Below the pieces are notes generated by a model, which was not told the origin of the DNA, ran no database searches, and was given only the letters and a program-made list of their open reading frames with translations. The position numbers were made by a program, and so were the translations under genes. From the NCBI GenBank assembly GCA_946965045.2, contig OX337234.1:3792737-3856736 (forward strand): a stretch of DNA of 64,000 bases, in the 5' to 3' direction. Position 1 is the first letter of the stretch. Every line of letters begins with the position of its first letter. Below are positions 11,901 through 22,742 of the stretch, in pieces. Source of the DNA: Epithemia pelagica. Its lineage: Eukaryota; Protista; Bacillariophyta.

Positions 11901-13798
11901 AAGCGCGCACGCAAGCCCAATCCTAAGTATGCTGCGTACTCGCGCGAACGGTGGAAAGAACACGCCTTATTTGGTCACGACGATTATGCGCGACTCAAGG
12001 TGAAACGTGACTGCCTTAACGATTCATTCCTGGCAAGACTTGATTGGACCTCAACCATTCGTGACCTCAAGTCATCTCAGTCAACGCTGATGAGTCGCAT
12101 CCTAGCTATGAACACCAACCCTAAGACGGGAACTGTGGAAGCTATGCATCCGATGTTCCTCATTACCAAGGCCGACGCAGCAGATAACCCACGATGGAAC
12201 GAAGCCATGAGTGGACCAGATGCTGCTGGCTTCATGGAAGCATGCAAGAAGGAGATCGATACGCTATTCCGCCTGATGAAAGCCTGGATAGTCGTCGATC
12301 GCGAACCTTGGATGAACGTCATCCCATCAACTTGGGCGTTCAAGAGGAAGCGTTTCCCAGATGGAACGGTCAAGAAGTTGAAAGCACGATTCTGTGCTCG
12401 TGGAGATTACCAGGTGGAAGGGATAGACTTCTTCGACACCTTTGCTCCAGTGGTGAACTGGACTACAGTCCGCCTAATGCTTATCCTGTCGATTATCCTT
12501 AACCTTGCAACGGTGCAGGTAGACTATACTGCGGCATTCCTTCACGCCCCAATTGATCGTGATCCCAAATGGGACTCAATGACACGTCAAGAGCGGGAAA
12601 GGAGCGGTGTCTACGTTGAGATGCCCAGAGGATTCGGACAAGACGGCAAAGTACTGAAGCTGAAGCGTTCACTGTACGGCCTGAAACAAGCCCCACGGAA
12701 TTTCTTTCAACACTTCAAAGGGCAATTGGAACGAGTCGGCTTTGTTGCCCAGGACTCGGTTGATCCATGCCTATTTATTTCGGACAAGGTAATAGCCGTA
12801 GTCTATGTGGATGACACGCTATTTTACAGTCCCAAGAGAGAGTACATTGATGAGGTACTCAACAGACTGAAAACCGAAGAGCACGCAGAACTCGATGTTG
12901 AGGATAGCGTTGCTGGTTTTCTGGGTGTCCATATTGAAAGGGACGAGACCCAAGGAACAATCAAGCTGGTACAGAAGGGCTTGATTAAACGTATCTTAGA
13001 GGCCCTACAAGTTGGTGACTTGGACCGGAGTTGTACCCCAGCTCTTTCTAAGCCCCTGGTAGAGGACAAGAATGGAGATCCCCCACAAGGCAGATACAAT
13101 TATGCAAGTGTGATTGGGATGCTACAATATTTACAGGCACACAGTCGCCCCGACATTACCTATGCGGTGAGCCAATGTGCACGCTTTGCTTTCAGTCCAA
13201 AGAGATCCCATGAGCAAGCGGTTGAAAAGATTGGACAGTACCTTAAGCACACGCAAGACCAAGGACTGATCCTTAAGCCCGCCACAAGTCTGGACATCGA
13301 TTGTTTTGTCGACGCCGACTTCGCTGGATTGTGGCCATATGAAGAAAAGCTGGACTCGACCTGTGTGAAAAGTCGTACATCTGTCTGGCAAATTGTCCCA
13401 TGGTTTGGACAAGCAAACTACAAACATCCATTGCCTTGAGCACTATGGAGGCCGAATATAATGCACTGAGTGAGTCGCTGAAATCGGTCCTACCACTACA
13501 AGAGTTGCTGACCCACGTTGCAGAAGGAGTTGGGCTCAGCAAAGAATACACAACAACATTTAAAACGACAATCTGGGAAGATAACATGGGAGCCTTGACT
13601 TTGGCCAACCTAGAACCCGGGCGGATCACACCACGATCGAAATACTACGCTGTTAAGATTCATTGGTTTCGACAGCATATCAGTGATCGGCTGCGAGTCG
13701 TCAAAGTGGATACGACACAACAACGCGCCGACATCTTGACGAAAGGTCTCACACAAACCACATTCGAACACATTCGGAAGCTCCTCTGTGGGTGGTGA
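8916..13798 (+). pseudogene. pol: Copia Pol (protease, integrase, RT, RNase H), frameshifted in RNase H
   Basis: VIDTGAS protease; WHWKLGH...CAACQLGK; integrase D-D-E (SLDQ, LADN, VAERG); RT motifs KARFCARG, LYGLKQAP, YVDD; RNase H VDADFAG then a frame switch at ~13379 into LANCPMVWTSKLQ...EAEY...EDN...ADILTK (ORF 13400-13798). Confidence 0.93.
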
Positions 13799-14741
13799 CC
13801 AAATCTATTCTCACAATTTCCCTCCGATTGCGGGGGTACCTCCCGTCTGCTGTCCATACGGTTATTCCCAAATTTTCCTAAAAAATGTAAAACTTATTTC
13901 TTTCAAATTTCTTTTGATTTAGCACATTATTATAACGTCCAAGCCAACTGTAATAACTGGCTTCGCCCTATTGTGTAGCCGCTTGCGCTCATGAATGGGA
14001 AACAGGAACCGGCGTGAGCCGTGAGACTTGACGAGACATGCACAAAGAAATCTACAAGCCCATTTTGTACTCTATAGTCTATACTGTTTCAGAAGCGAGT
14101 ACTCTTTACGCAGTAGTGGATCAATCTTCACGGAATCATCACACACACACACCAAACCATGAAATACACACACATGGTGCAATGCACCTCGAGGAGTATC
14201 AACACAAGCTCCTGGCACTTTGTCTATGGGAAAGGTAAAAGCATAGTCCACTACTAGTTTAGGCTTCCTGCTTCCTGGGCTTACATACCCCATGATGACG
14301 CTGTCAAACCTTCGCTTCATCATTGCAGTGGTTGATTGTTCATTGCAGTGGTTGATTGTCATGTTTCATGTTGTCATCCTTCCTTTTATGCATTATGCCT
14401 TCACTTGTGATCTAGGTTGATGCATTCTGCCTTCACTTGTGATCTAGGTGGATGGTTTTGACCATAAAGTTGTCACTGTGGTCGTTCGTCCGGCTGGATG
14501 GTTTTCTTTTGGTTTTTGGTGTGCTCATGGTCGTCTTTTGTGGTGTTGCTCGAAAAGTGAGACGATATACAAGGCGTGACCGGCGCGTCGATTTCGAACG
14601 ATCGAAGAGAGGCTGGCGATATCACCCGGCTGGCGCTTTGGGAAAAAATACGAGACAATTTTTTTCCTTTCGGATGACGGACGAACAAAGGTACCCCCCC
14701 AATCGCACCCTTCAAAGCCATTATCTCATCCGTGTTCGGCT

Positions 14742-14750
14742 GAGAGGGAG
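14742..14750 (+). promoter_or_regulatory. Polypurine tract
   Basis: GAGAGGGAG immediately before the 3' LTR. Confidence 0.85.
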
Positions 14751-14919
14751 TGAAAAGGGCGCGACCTAATTGAGACTAGCCATAGGGCTGACGTATAGGG
14801 TCGACGTCACCTTGCCCAACCAGCCTCACACTCTGGATGACGCACTACTTGCATATCTTTTAGGAACGTACGAACTAGGTAATCTTCTATCATAATTTTA
14901 CGAATACATACCCTTTTCA
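14751..14919 (+). repeat. 3' LTR (169 bp)
   Basis: Matches the 5' LTR and is followed by the TSD CACGT. Confidence 0.97.
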
Positions 14920-14987
14920 CACGTTTGGCGTTTGCCCCCAAGAGAGGCCACTTGGCGATTTGCTCATAAGGGGATTCTGTCAAGATT

Positions 14988-15150
14988 GATTGTGGGAGGC
15001 AAGCTTTCCCTCCCTTTTGGATAGGATCTCTCGCGATGAAACATTCATTTGCATGTTTCACGAAAAGCCATTGTGGGAGGCAAGTTTTCCCTCCCTTTTG
15101 GAGGGGATCGCATGGAAAGAAAAATTCATTTTCATGTTTCACATAAAGGC
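14988..15150. repeat. Two ~81-bp tandem units (also present at ~21571-21733)
   Basis: TTGTGGGAGGCAAG(C/T)TTTCCCTCCCTTTTGGA...CATGTTTCAC twice; each unit contains a GGGAG...CTCCC inverted pair. Confidence 0.7.
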
Positions 15151-16178
15151 CTCTTCACATTCTGCTCATGGAGGTTCTCTTTCTATATTGATCGGGGTTC
15201 AAGACATAACAAGCAATCCATAAGCAACTTTGAATCAAAACAATGAAACAACGACGAAGCTTACTGGTTTCTCCGTCACCCTGAATCCTGTCTGTTGTGC
15301 TCTCGAAGGAAACTCTACGCATATGGCGCAACTAAACGACGAGCCAGATCCTGCTCTCTCTCTCTCTCTCTCTCTCTCTCTTTATCGGCATGGTACTAGC
15401 AGCCTTTAGAGATCAAAGGTCCGGTCTGACGACACGCCTGTGTAGAGTACCTCTCGTGCTCCACTCCGTCATTCTGACCGTCCTTCTCGTATATGTAATC
15501 GAATGTCTTGAACCGACCCGCTATACAGTGAGGGAAACAGCACCATAGCAACGCTTGAGATATCATGTGCGCAATTCCAATACTCTAGCCTGACAATATA
15601 GAGCGGACTCCATTGGATAACGAGCATCACAACTCCGCTCGAGAACATGTGCAACCACCAACGGCGCCTGGAGTTACGGAGTCATGCGAACAGCCGCCAC
15701 AGAAAGTCAACGAGCATTCCCAGGCACTATCATTGGTGCGCTTCCACCCCAGTACCTATTGCGGGCTTTGTTTCCATAGCGTGCCATTGTTGAGAGTGGA
15801 AAGGGACTTCAGGTTTTGGGGCACCCGAAAATCCGTGACATAAAATGTGGGACAAGACGTGTCGATCGGCTCGCAGAGCTACGCCTGTCGTGCTACGTTT
15901 CTAAATAATCCAAAAAAGATACTAAGTAAAATTGAAATCATAGCAAACGGGAATCGGCGAGCCATTAACAAACATGTCTGTAATCGCCGGCCAGTGGGTG
16001 AGCTGCCTTCTCGAGCGAGCCGAGACGCTGGAGGGCAATAGAGGTGCAAAGTCTCTGATCTGTTTCTTCTCTCGCTCCATACTGAGAGCACTACTCGTGC
16101 ACACCAATCAACAAGTCGCATGGGACTCGAACGTTGGTGTTTAGAGTTTAGAATAAAGAGTCTCTCATCCTTATTGGT

Positions 16179-18490
16179 CTAGTTTCGAAAGACTTGCGCT
16201 TGACGAAGCATTTCGGTCCCCGTTCGTTCGCTATTGGGCAATACATACTCACTGCAGTCGTTTCGACTCACACCAAGCCACTCACAAATCGGCATGTAGA
16301 TGGATTCCCAGGACAAGGTGGGAATCAATCGCCCCCGTCCCACATTGAGAGGACTGTCGGCCGTCAAATCCAATGGATACTGACCAAGAGCCTTGCCTCC
16401 ATTCAACGCTCCACCCATGGCAAAGGAATGACCGGCCCATCCGTGATCAGACCCCGAGTTTGTATTGGGTGTGAGTGTTCGCCCAAATTCAGAAACGACC
16501 AATAGCGTTGTCTTGTCCCACAGCCCCTTGTCCTTGAGGTTTTCAACGTAGCATGCCAAGGCCTCGTTCAATTCTTGAAACCCTGTGCTGAGCCGCGACT
16601 TGACGTCCGAGTGGTGATCCCAATTACCCGTCGAAACATAAAAGAGGTCACGATCCACTCCGCGGTCTTTTCTGGTTTCCATCATTCGAACAACCATGTT
16701 AAGCTTGGCAGAACCACAACTTTTCTTCAACTGAATATCACGCAAGGAATCTTGCAAGAACGCATTCTCTGCCATGGCACGCTGAAACGGTTCGGACCAA
16801 AATTCACCAAAAAGGCTACTCGTGGCATGGTTCAATCCGTTCAAACGATCGAAATAGGTCTTCGGGTCGAACTGTTCTGTGCGTGGCTTGGCGTTGAATG
16901 CCGTTGGACCTCGTTCGCTCATGACCAGTGGAGACTCCGAGTCTGTCGTTTCCCCGTTCACGGCAGGGTACAAATTGTTGATAGAAATACTTTGAGCTTG
17001 GAACCCATACGTCTCATTGTTCAGTGCATGGGCAAGACGACCCAAGATTCCGGTTCCAAGCACTTCTTGGTACGGATCTACGGTCTGTGCTTCTTTTCGC
17101 ATTGCATTATGGGCAAAAAGCTGCGATACGGTCATGGCCTCAAAGTTTGCCTTTGTCGGTGCCATATTGATCAAGCCCGTGTTGAAGAACATGCTCAAAT
17201 CCCCCTGGTTGTAGAGTTCCTGCAAAAGTGACAGTTTCTTGTGGATTGCAAACTTGGAGCAGGGCTGACGGTCCACGTCAATAGTCAGCTGACGTTCGCT
17301 TTCTTTGAGTCCAATCGTTCCCCGTTCGGCCACATACTGCTCCAAAACGGTCAATCCCATTGGATTGGTTTGATTGCAAGTGTGGGGGACGACCAAATTG
17401 TATGAGTCGTACCCTCCTGAAAGCATGAGCACCACCAACGCCTTGTATGGTCTCTCTGTTGGAACAACCTCTTTCTTGTGTCTTCTCGCCTTTCCAGTTT
17501 TGCTGACAATACCGTTGCTGTGGAACTCACTGGAACCAACAATCAACTGTTGCGATTGCATTGCAGCCGATTGTGGGTTCTCGGCAGTGTCCACGGCTTC
17601 TCCAATCATGCGCCGAAGTTTCTCATTCAGTCGACCGCTTGTCATAATTGTCGCTAATTCGTCCACAATTTGTGCAGTTGTGCTTCCTTCCGTAGGTGAG
17701 AATCCAGGATACCCTGACATGTTGACAAATTGTCCTGCCATCCTCCATCGGCAGTCAGAATATTGCGACCAGTTGGACGTTTCGCCAAAACCACCAAAGC
17801 AGCGGTCTAATCCGTACTTCATCATTGCCAACAGACCATTCATTGTTCCCAGAATGGTAGGTGTGGAATGGATTTGAGCTTCTGGAGACACCAAACCAGC
17901 GTTCGCAACGACTCCACTGGGCTGATACTCGGGAAGGAAAAAGGAAAAGATGGACGGCGACTCGTAGACTTTTTGACCGATTGCCGCTTGTAGGTCTCTT
18001 TTGAATCGAAGAAACGGAAACTCTGGCGTTGACTGAAACTCAAGGTTCCTCATAACCGCTAGAACCTTGAGTAGCGGCTCCTTCAATGAACCATACGCCG
18101 GATCTGTTCCCAATACCGCACTCCGTGCTTCTCGGTCTAGAAAAATAGCAGCAACCGTAGCAGCAAGATCACCATGTTGTCTAGATCCAAAAGATACGTC
18201 GAAATTCCCTCTGTTATACGTGTAGGCTCCTGTTCGGAACGCCTCAGCAATCACTTGCACGTATCTCGGTGACGGGTTACTGATTCCGAATCGTTGGGCA
18301 AGACGAGTTGCGAGAAACGGAGCAGTATTCTTATGATACAAGTAGTGGTCGATGGCCGCGTCCGTCTCGTACTGCGCATCGCGCAAGGTAGGCTCAGAAA
18401 GCGAAATAAAGTGAACTGGGTTCCTGAAGGAAATGTTTGTTCCGACAATGCGAACCACCGAACGAACATTCTTACGCAAGTGCTCCACAC
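16179..18490 (-). pseudogene. 5'-truncated duplicate of the DUF1800-DUF1501 gene (C-terminal DUF1800 part plus complete DUF1501)
   Basis: 769 open codons, about 14 amino-acid differences from 22743-25054; homology breaks at 18490/25054; no nearby in-frame ATG (the ORF opens on GTG). Confidence 0.85.
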
Positions 18491-19135
18491 TTGTTTACCT
18501 TACATGAAAAAATTCTAAACACAATTCACTGAGAACGACCGCTAGATATTTTATCTGGCCAAGAAGCGAATCAAACGCGTCCGATATAGAACGGATTCAG
18601 TCCCGCAAGATCATGATAATGTAATATGTGATGGTGGAGTAATAGATATAGGCATAGAATGGAGGAAGGACCCAATCGTTCTCTCTACGAGGAACAATGG
18701 AAACGACCAGACGAAAACATGTCTGTATCTTGTTCCAGGAGAGGGAAACTCCCTCCCCAGCCGAACGTCAGGATTGTCTTTGTTCGGGGTGTATCATGAT
18801 GTGGTCTATCATGATGTGGTCCACCCTATAGTATGAATGGAATTGTAATATATCCCAGGCCCCAGGAACGCAAATCCCAAACTCAGGGTGGCCCAACATC
18901 GTCTCACCTGCACATAGACTCCTAACGACCGAGCGAACCATTGGACGATTCGTACACACCCGTTGAATGGTCCTTGTAGCACAACCAGTCCTTTGAGATA
19001 ATGTTCTAGATAGACCTCCTGTGTCGCTTAATGGGTGCTGGAATGGTCATTCTGTAGGTAGTATTCAATCTTGTTCCGTGACGGCCCATTCTCTTGTTGG
19101 AACTGGAAAAACGTGTTTGGGCCCTGTCTCTGGAG

Positions 19136-19543
19136 TCATTTCCCCTTACAGTCACCACGGGCACCAATTCCACTACTCTGGAGCAAAAATTCCGGGTGGT
19201 AGATGTCCGGACAAGGTTGACACTCCTTGGTTTCTGCCCAGAAACAATTGCCAGAAATCGTACATTTCTCTTTTCTGAGGCCATTGCACTCGTTCTCTTT
19301 GAGATCACGGGTCTGCTGCGTGGACTCTGCCGTCGATGGTACACGTCGTAGGTTGGTTGTCTTGACATTGGATGCCAACACGGGATAAGAATCCTGTTGA
19401 TCTGGCTGATCATTTCGATTGTTTCCTGTGCCTTGGTACTGTGTTGTGTCCGCCAATGTCGTGGGTACCGACCCCAACCACAGCAACAGCACGATGCTCG
19501 CACGGAGAAACGGCTTGGTCCACGACACTGTTGTCTGGATCAT
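19136..19543 (-). CDS. Small putative secreted cysteine-containing protein (possibly only a first exon)
   Basis: 135 aa; signal-like PFLRASIVLLLWLGSVPTTLA, polar linker, C-terminal ECNGLRKEKCTISGNCFWAETKECQPC...DC. GTAAGG near the end could be a splice donor. Confidence 0.5.
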   Translation of the reverse strand: MIQTTVSWTKPFLRASIVLLLWLGSVPTTLADTTQYQGTGNNRNDQPDQQDSYPVLASNVKTTNLRRVPSTAESTQQTRDLKENECNGLRKEKCTISGNCFWAETKECQPCPDIYHPEFLLQSSGIGARGDCKGK

Positions 19544-21929
19544 GATTGAGGCCCTTTGTCGTCAGGATACGTTGAATTATTGTGGGTTGTCTGTGTATGT
19601 CCCCGTAGCGACCTTATTCCTTGTCACCCTTTTTGCGAGCGCAACAGAAACAAATCTCCCTCTGGTTTGGGCCGCTACTGGAAGAACTCTCGGCTCTTGG
19701 CAGATGTGCTCACGTCATGGGCATCTTTTTTCTCTCAATCAAGCATACAATCTTCTGGTGTATCAAGAAGTGGTGTCAAGACAATCCGAAGGTTGAATCT
19801 CAGAATTCTTTGAAAATCTTTATTCGTCATTGGATCGCTCAGGAAATGCAGGCAATAGCTATTCTTGCTATCTTCTCGATAGTGAGTGGACAGGAGGACA
19901 AAAAGACGAATTGCGATGTAGCCTTCTCCTTGTCCTCTCTTCTACCTTACTAGAGACGAAGGACGAACATATTCGAGATTGCATCAAGTGTGTAGACGTG
20001 GATTTCTTGACTGTCTCTATACCACTACAACAGATCTACATGATAGATTCTGCGCCCACTCTCTCTCTTCCACGCAGCCGAAACCCAAAATGCACCAACC
20101 CCAAGAGAAAACCATCTAGCTCCATCAATTGGCTCCACTTGTTCTTGTTCCTGCTATTCCTGCTGCTGGTGTCAGAAGGAACCCAAAAACAAGCCCATCC
20201 ATCATCACCATCTTATCACTGTGGAGTCATGAGACAGGCACCCAAAGTCGAAAGCCAAAAGACTCTGTTGGTTGATTGTCATCTTTCGTGAAATGGTATA
20301 TTTCCAATCACGGGCCTGAGAAGAGCACACAGTGAGACCAGACATTTCGGAATCCAGTAGACAAACGGTGTGAAACGGCACTGGATGAACGTGTCGTCCG
20401 ACGAGAGGAGGCAGTGTAGTGGAATCAAATGAGTGTGGCACCGAACCAATCCTGGTTTGAACGGAATACCGATCGACCAACGCTTTGGTTCGAGAGAGCT
20501 AAAGGGTCTTGAAAATGAAACGTACGGAAGGTACTTGGACATGTGGATTCCACAGTGGGAGTCCATTCGTGCAAGATCACATGGTAGGAATAGGCCGTTG
20601 TGCGGTAGGAGCTCCACAACAGTGCATCCAAAGGAGGACACGCACCAATGGGAGACACACACAAAAAAGATATATTATGGAGCGCCATTGTCCCCCTATC
20701 CACACCACTTCTGTGTGTTCTGGTCCATCCCTGATCGAAACACTCATGAGTGATGGCCTGTCGCAACGATCTCATTCCCCAGTGATCCCATGCATCTCTC
20801 TACCTAGTTTCGTGGTCTTCCTCGTCCACAACATCCACTGACAGATCCTTTCCAGCCTCTCCGAAACGAGTCCCTTTTAACGTACCCCCGTTCTTGGCAG
20901 CGACCACCGCCGTTCCTCCTCCTTTCCATCAAGCGCTACTTTCGCCATGGCAGCCAGAAGAGAACGCAGTGAAACGGCAGGTGCTGCAAGTCGTCGAGCT
21001 GCACGTGCCTGGTGTAGCGACGACACACAGGACATTGTGGTTCGCAAGCAAGCCGCCAATGCTCAATCTCCGTCCTGGAGGAGTTCTCGTACCAAACGTC
21101 GCCCCTTTCAATCCAACCGAACACGCTCCTGTAACGCGTCTTTGTCAGCACCACCCTTATCATCCCTACCGTTTTCGCGGTCTCGTTCTGCCTCGTCTTC
21201 CAGCACCATCGTCTCAAGGCCTTGTACACATACCTTACACCGAGGGTGGAGTCATGAGACAGACACCCACACTGTGGCAAGCCAAAAGACTCTGTTGGTT
21301 GATTGTCATAGTTCTTGGAATAGCTTCAACAGACATTTGTCACATGTCCCCGTGTTGGCATGTTCAGCTTTTCGCTGTCATACATTTTGGTGTCATTGTA
21401 CACTTTAGACATTTGCCGCATGCCCCCCCGTGTTTGCATGTTCAGCGTATCGCTGTCAAACATTTTTATTTGCCTCATGTCCCCATTGCGTACAATTTGA
21501 TGCACGTTTGGCGTTTGCCCCCAAGAGAGGCCACTTGGCGATTTGCTCATAAGGGGATTCTGTCAAGATTGATTGTGGGAGGCAAGCTTTCCCTCCCTTT
21601 TGGATAGGATCTCTCGCAATGAAACATTCATTTGCATGTTTCACGAAAAGCCATTGTGGGAGGCAAGTTTTCCCTCCCTTTTGGAGGGGATCGCATGGAA
21701 AGAAAAATTCATTTTCATGTTTCACATAAAGGCCTCTTCACATTCTGCTCATGGAGGTTCTCTTTCGATATTGATCGGGGTTCAAGACATAACAAGCAAT
21801 CCATGAGAAACTTTGAATCAAAACAATGAAACAACGAAGCTTACTGGTTTCTCCGTCATCCTGAATCCTGTCTGTTGTGCTCTCGAAGGAAACTCTACGC
21901 ATATGGCGCAACTATACGACGAGCCAGAT

Positions 21930-21963
<34 letters not shown>

Positions 21964-22742
21964 ATCGGCATGGTACTAGCAGCCTTTAGAGATCAAAGGT
22001 CCGGTCTGACGACACGCCTGTGTAGAGTACCTCTCGTGCTCCACTCCGTCATTCTGACCGTCCTTCTCGTATATGTAATCGAATGTCTTGAACCGACCCG
22101 CTATACAGTGAGGGAAACAGCACCATAGCAACGCTTGAGATATCATGTGCGCAATTCCAATACTCTAGCCTGACAATATAGAGCGGACTCCATTGGATAA
22201 CGAGCATCACAACTCCGCTCGAGAACATGTGCAACCACCAACGGCGCCTGGAGTTACGGAGTCATGCGAACAGCCGCCACAGAAAGTCAACGAGCATTCC
22301 CAGGCACTATCATTTGGTGCGCTTCCGCTGCTGGGCCTATCGCGGGCCATTGTTGAAAGGCTGACTTTGGACTTTTGTGCACCCGAAAATCCGTAACAGA
22401 AAATGTGGGACCAGAAGTGTCGAGCGGCTCGCAGCGCTACGCCTGCCGTGCTGCCTTACTAAGTAGTCCGAAAAGGATATTAAGTAAAAGTTTGATCCGC
22501 GCAAACGGGAATCGGCGAGACCAATACAAACATGTCAGGAATCGCCGGCCAGTGGATGAGCTGCCTTTTCGCGCGAGCCGAGACGCTCGAAACCAATAGA
22601 GTTTTACAAAGTCCCTTATCTTTTTCCTACAATATCCGGACAATCCGGACCTCTCATGGTGCACGAGTCGCATGGGACTCGAACGGGAGTGTTTTGTGTT
22701 TTGAAAAGTCTCTCGTCCTTGTTATTTGGATGGTTGGTCTAC

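Larger units (their letters stand above)
6940..14919 (+). mobile_element. Full-length Ty1/copia LTR retrotransposon (diatom CoDi-like), 7980 bp, recent but defective copy
   Basis: Two 169-bp LTRs (TGAAAAGGG...CCCTTTTCA) with 1 mismatch; 5-bp TSD CACGT at 6935-6939 and 14920-14924; single CACGT at the empty site 21503-21507; PBS, PPT, gag, and pol in PR-IN-RT-RH order. Confidence 0.97.
6194..18490. repeat. Left copy of a 6.56-kb tandem segmental duplication of 18491-25054 (internal 2.2-kb deletion, copia insertion)
   Basis: 6194-6559 matches 18491-18889; 6560-6939 matches 21128-21507; 14925-18490 matches 21508-25054. Segment 18890-21127 is absent from this copy. Confidence 0.9.

Noticed and set aside
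15879-16121. 80-aa micro-ORF (MRLV...ARQA) shared with 22437-22673
   Set aside because: Over the 50 alignable C-terminal codons I counted 6 synonymous versus 16 amino-acid-changing codons, close to neutral; no sign of protein-level selection.
20279-21607. Overlapping 100-240 aa ORFs (an LRPGGVLVPN methyltransferase-like word, a CPVCR word)
   Set aside because: The motifs are too short, the frames are interrupted and the duplicate copy does not preserve them; at most a decayed relic.
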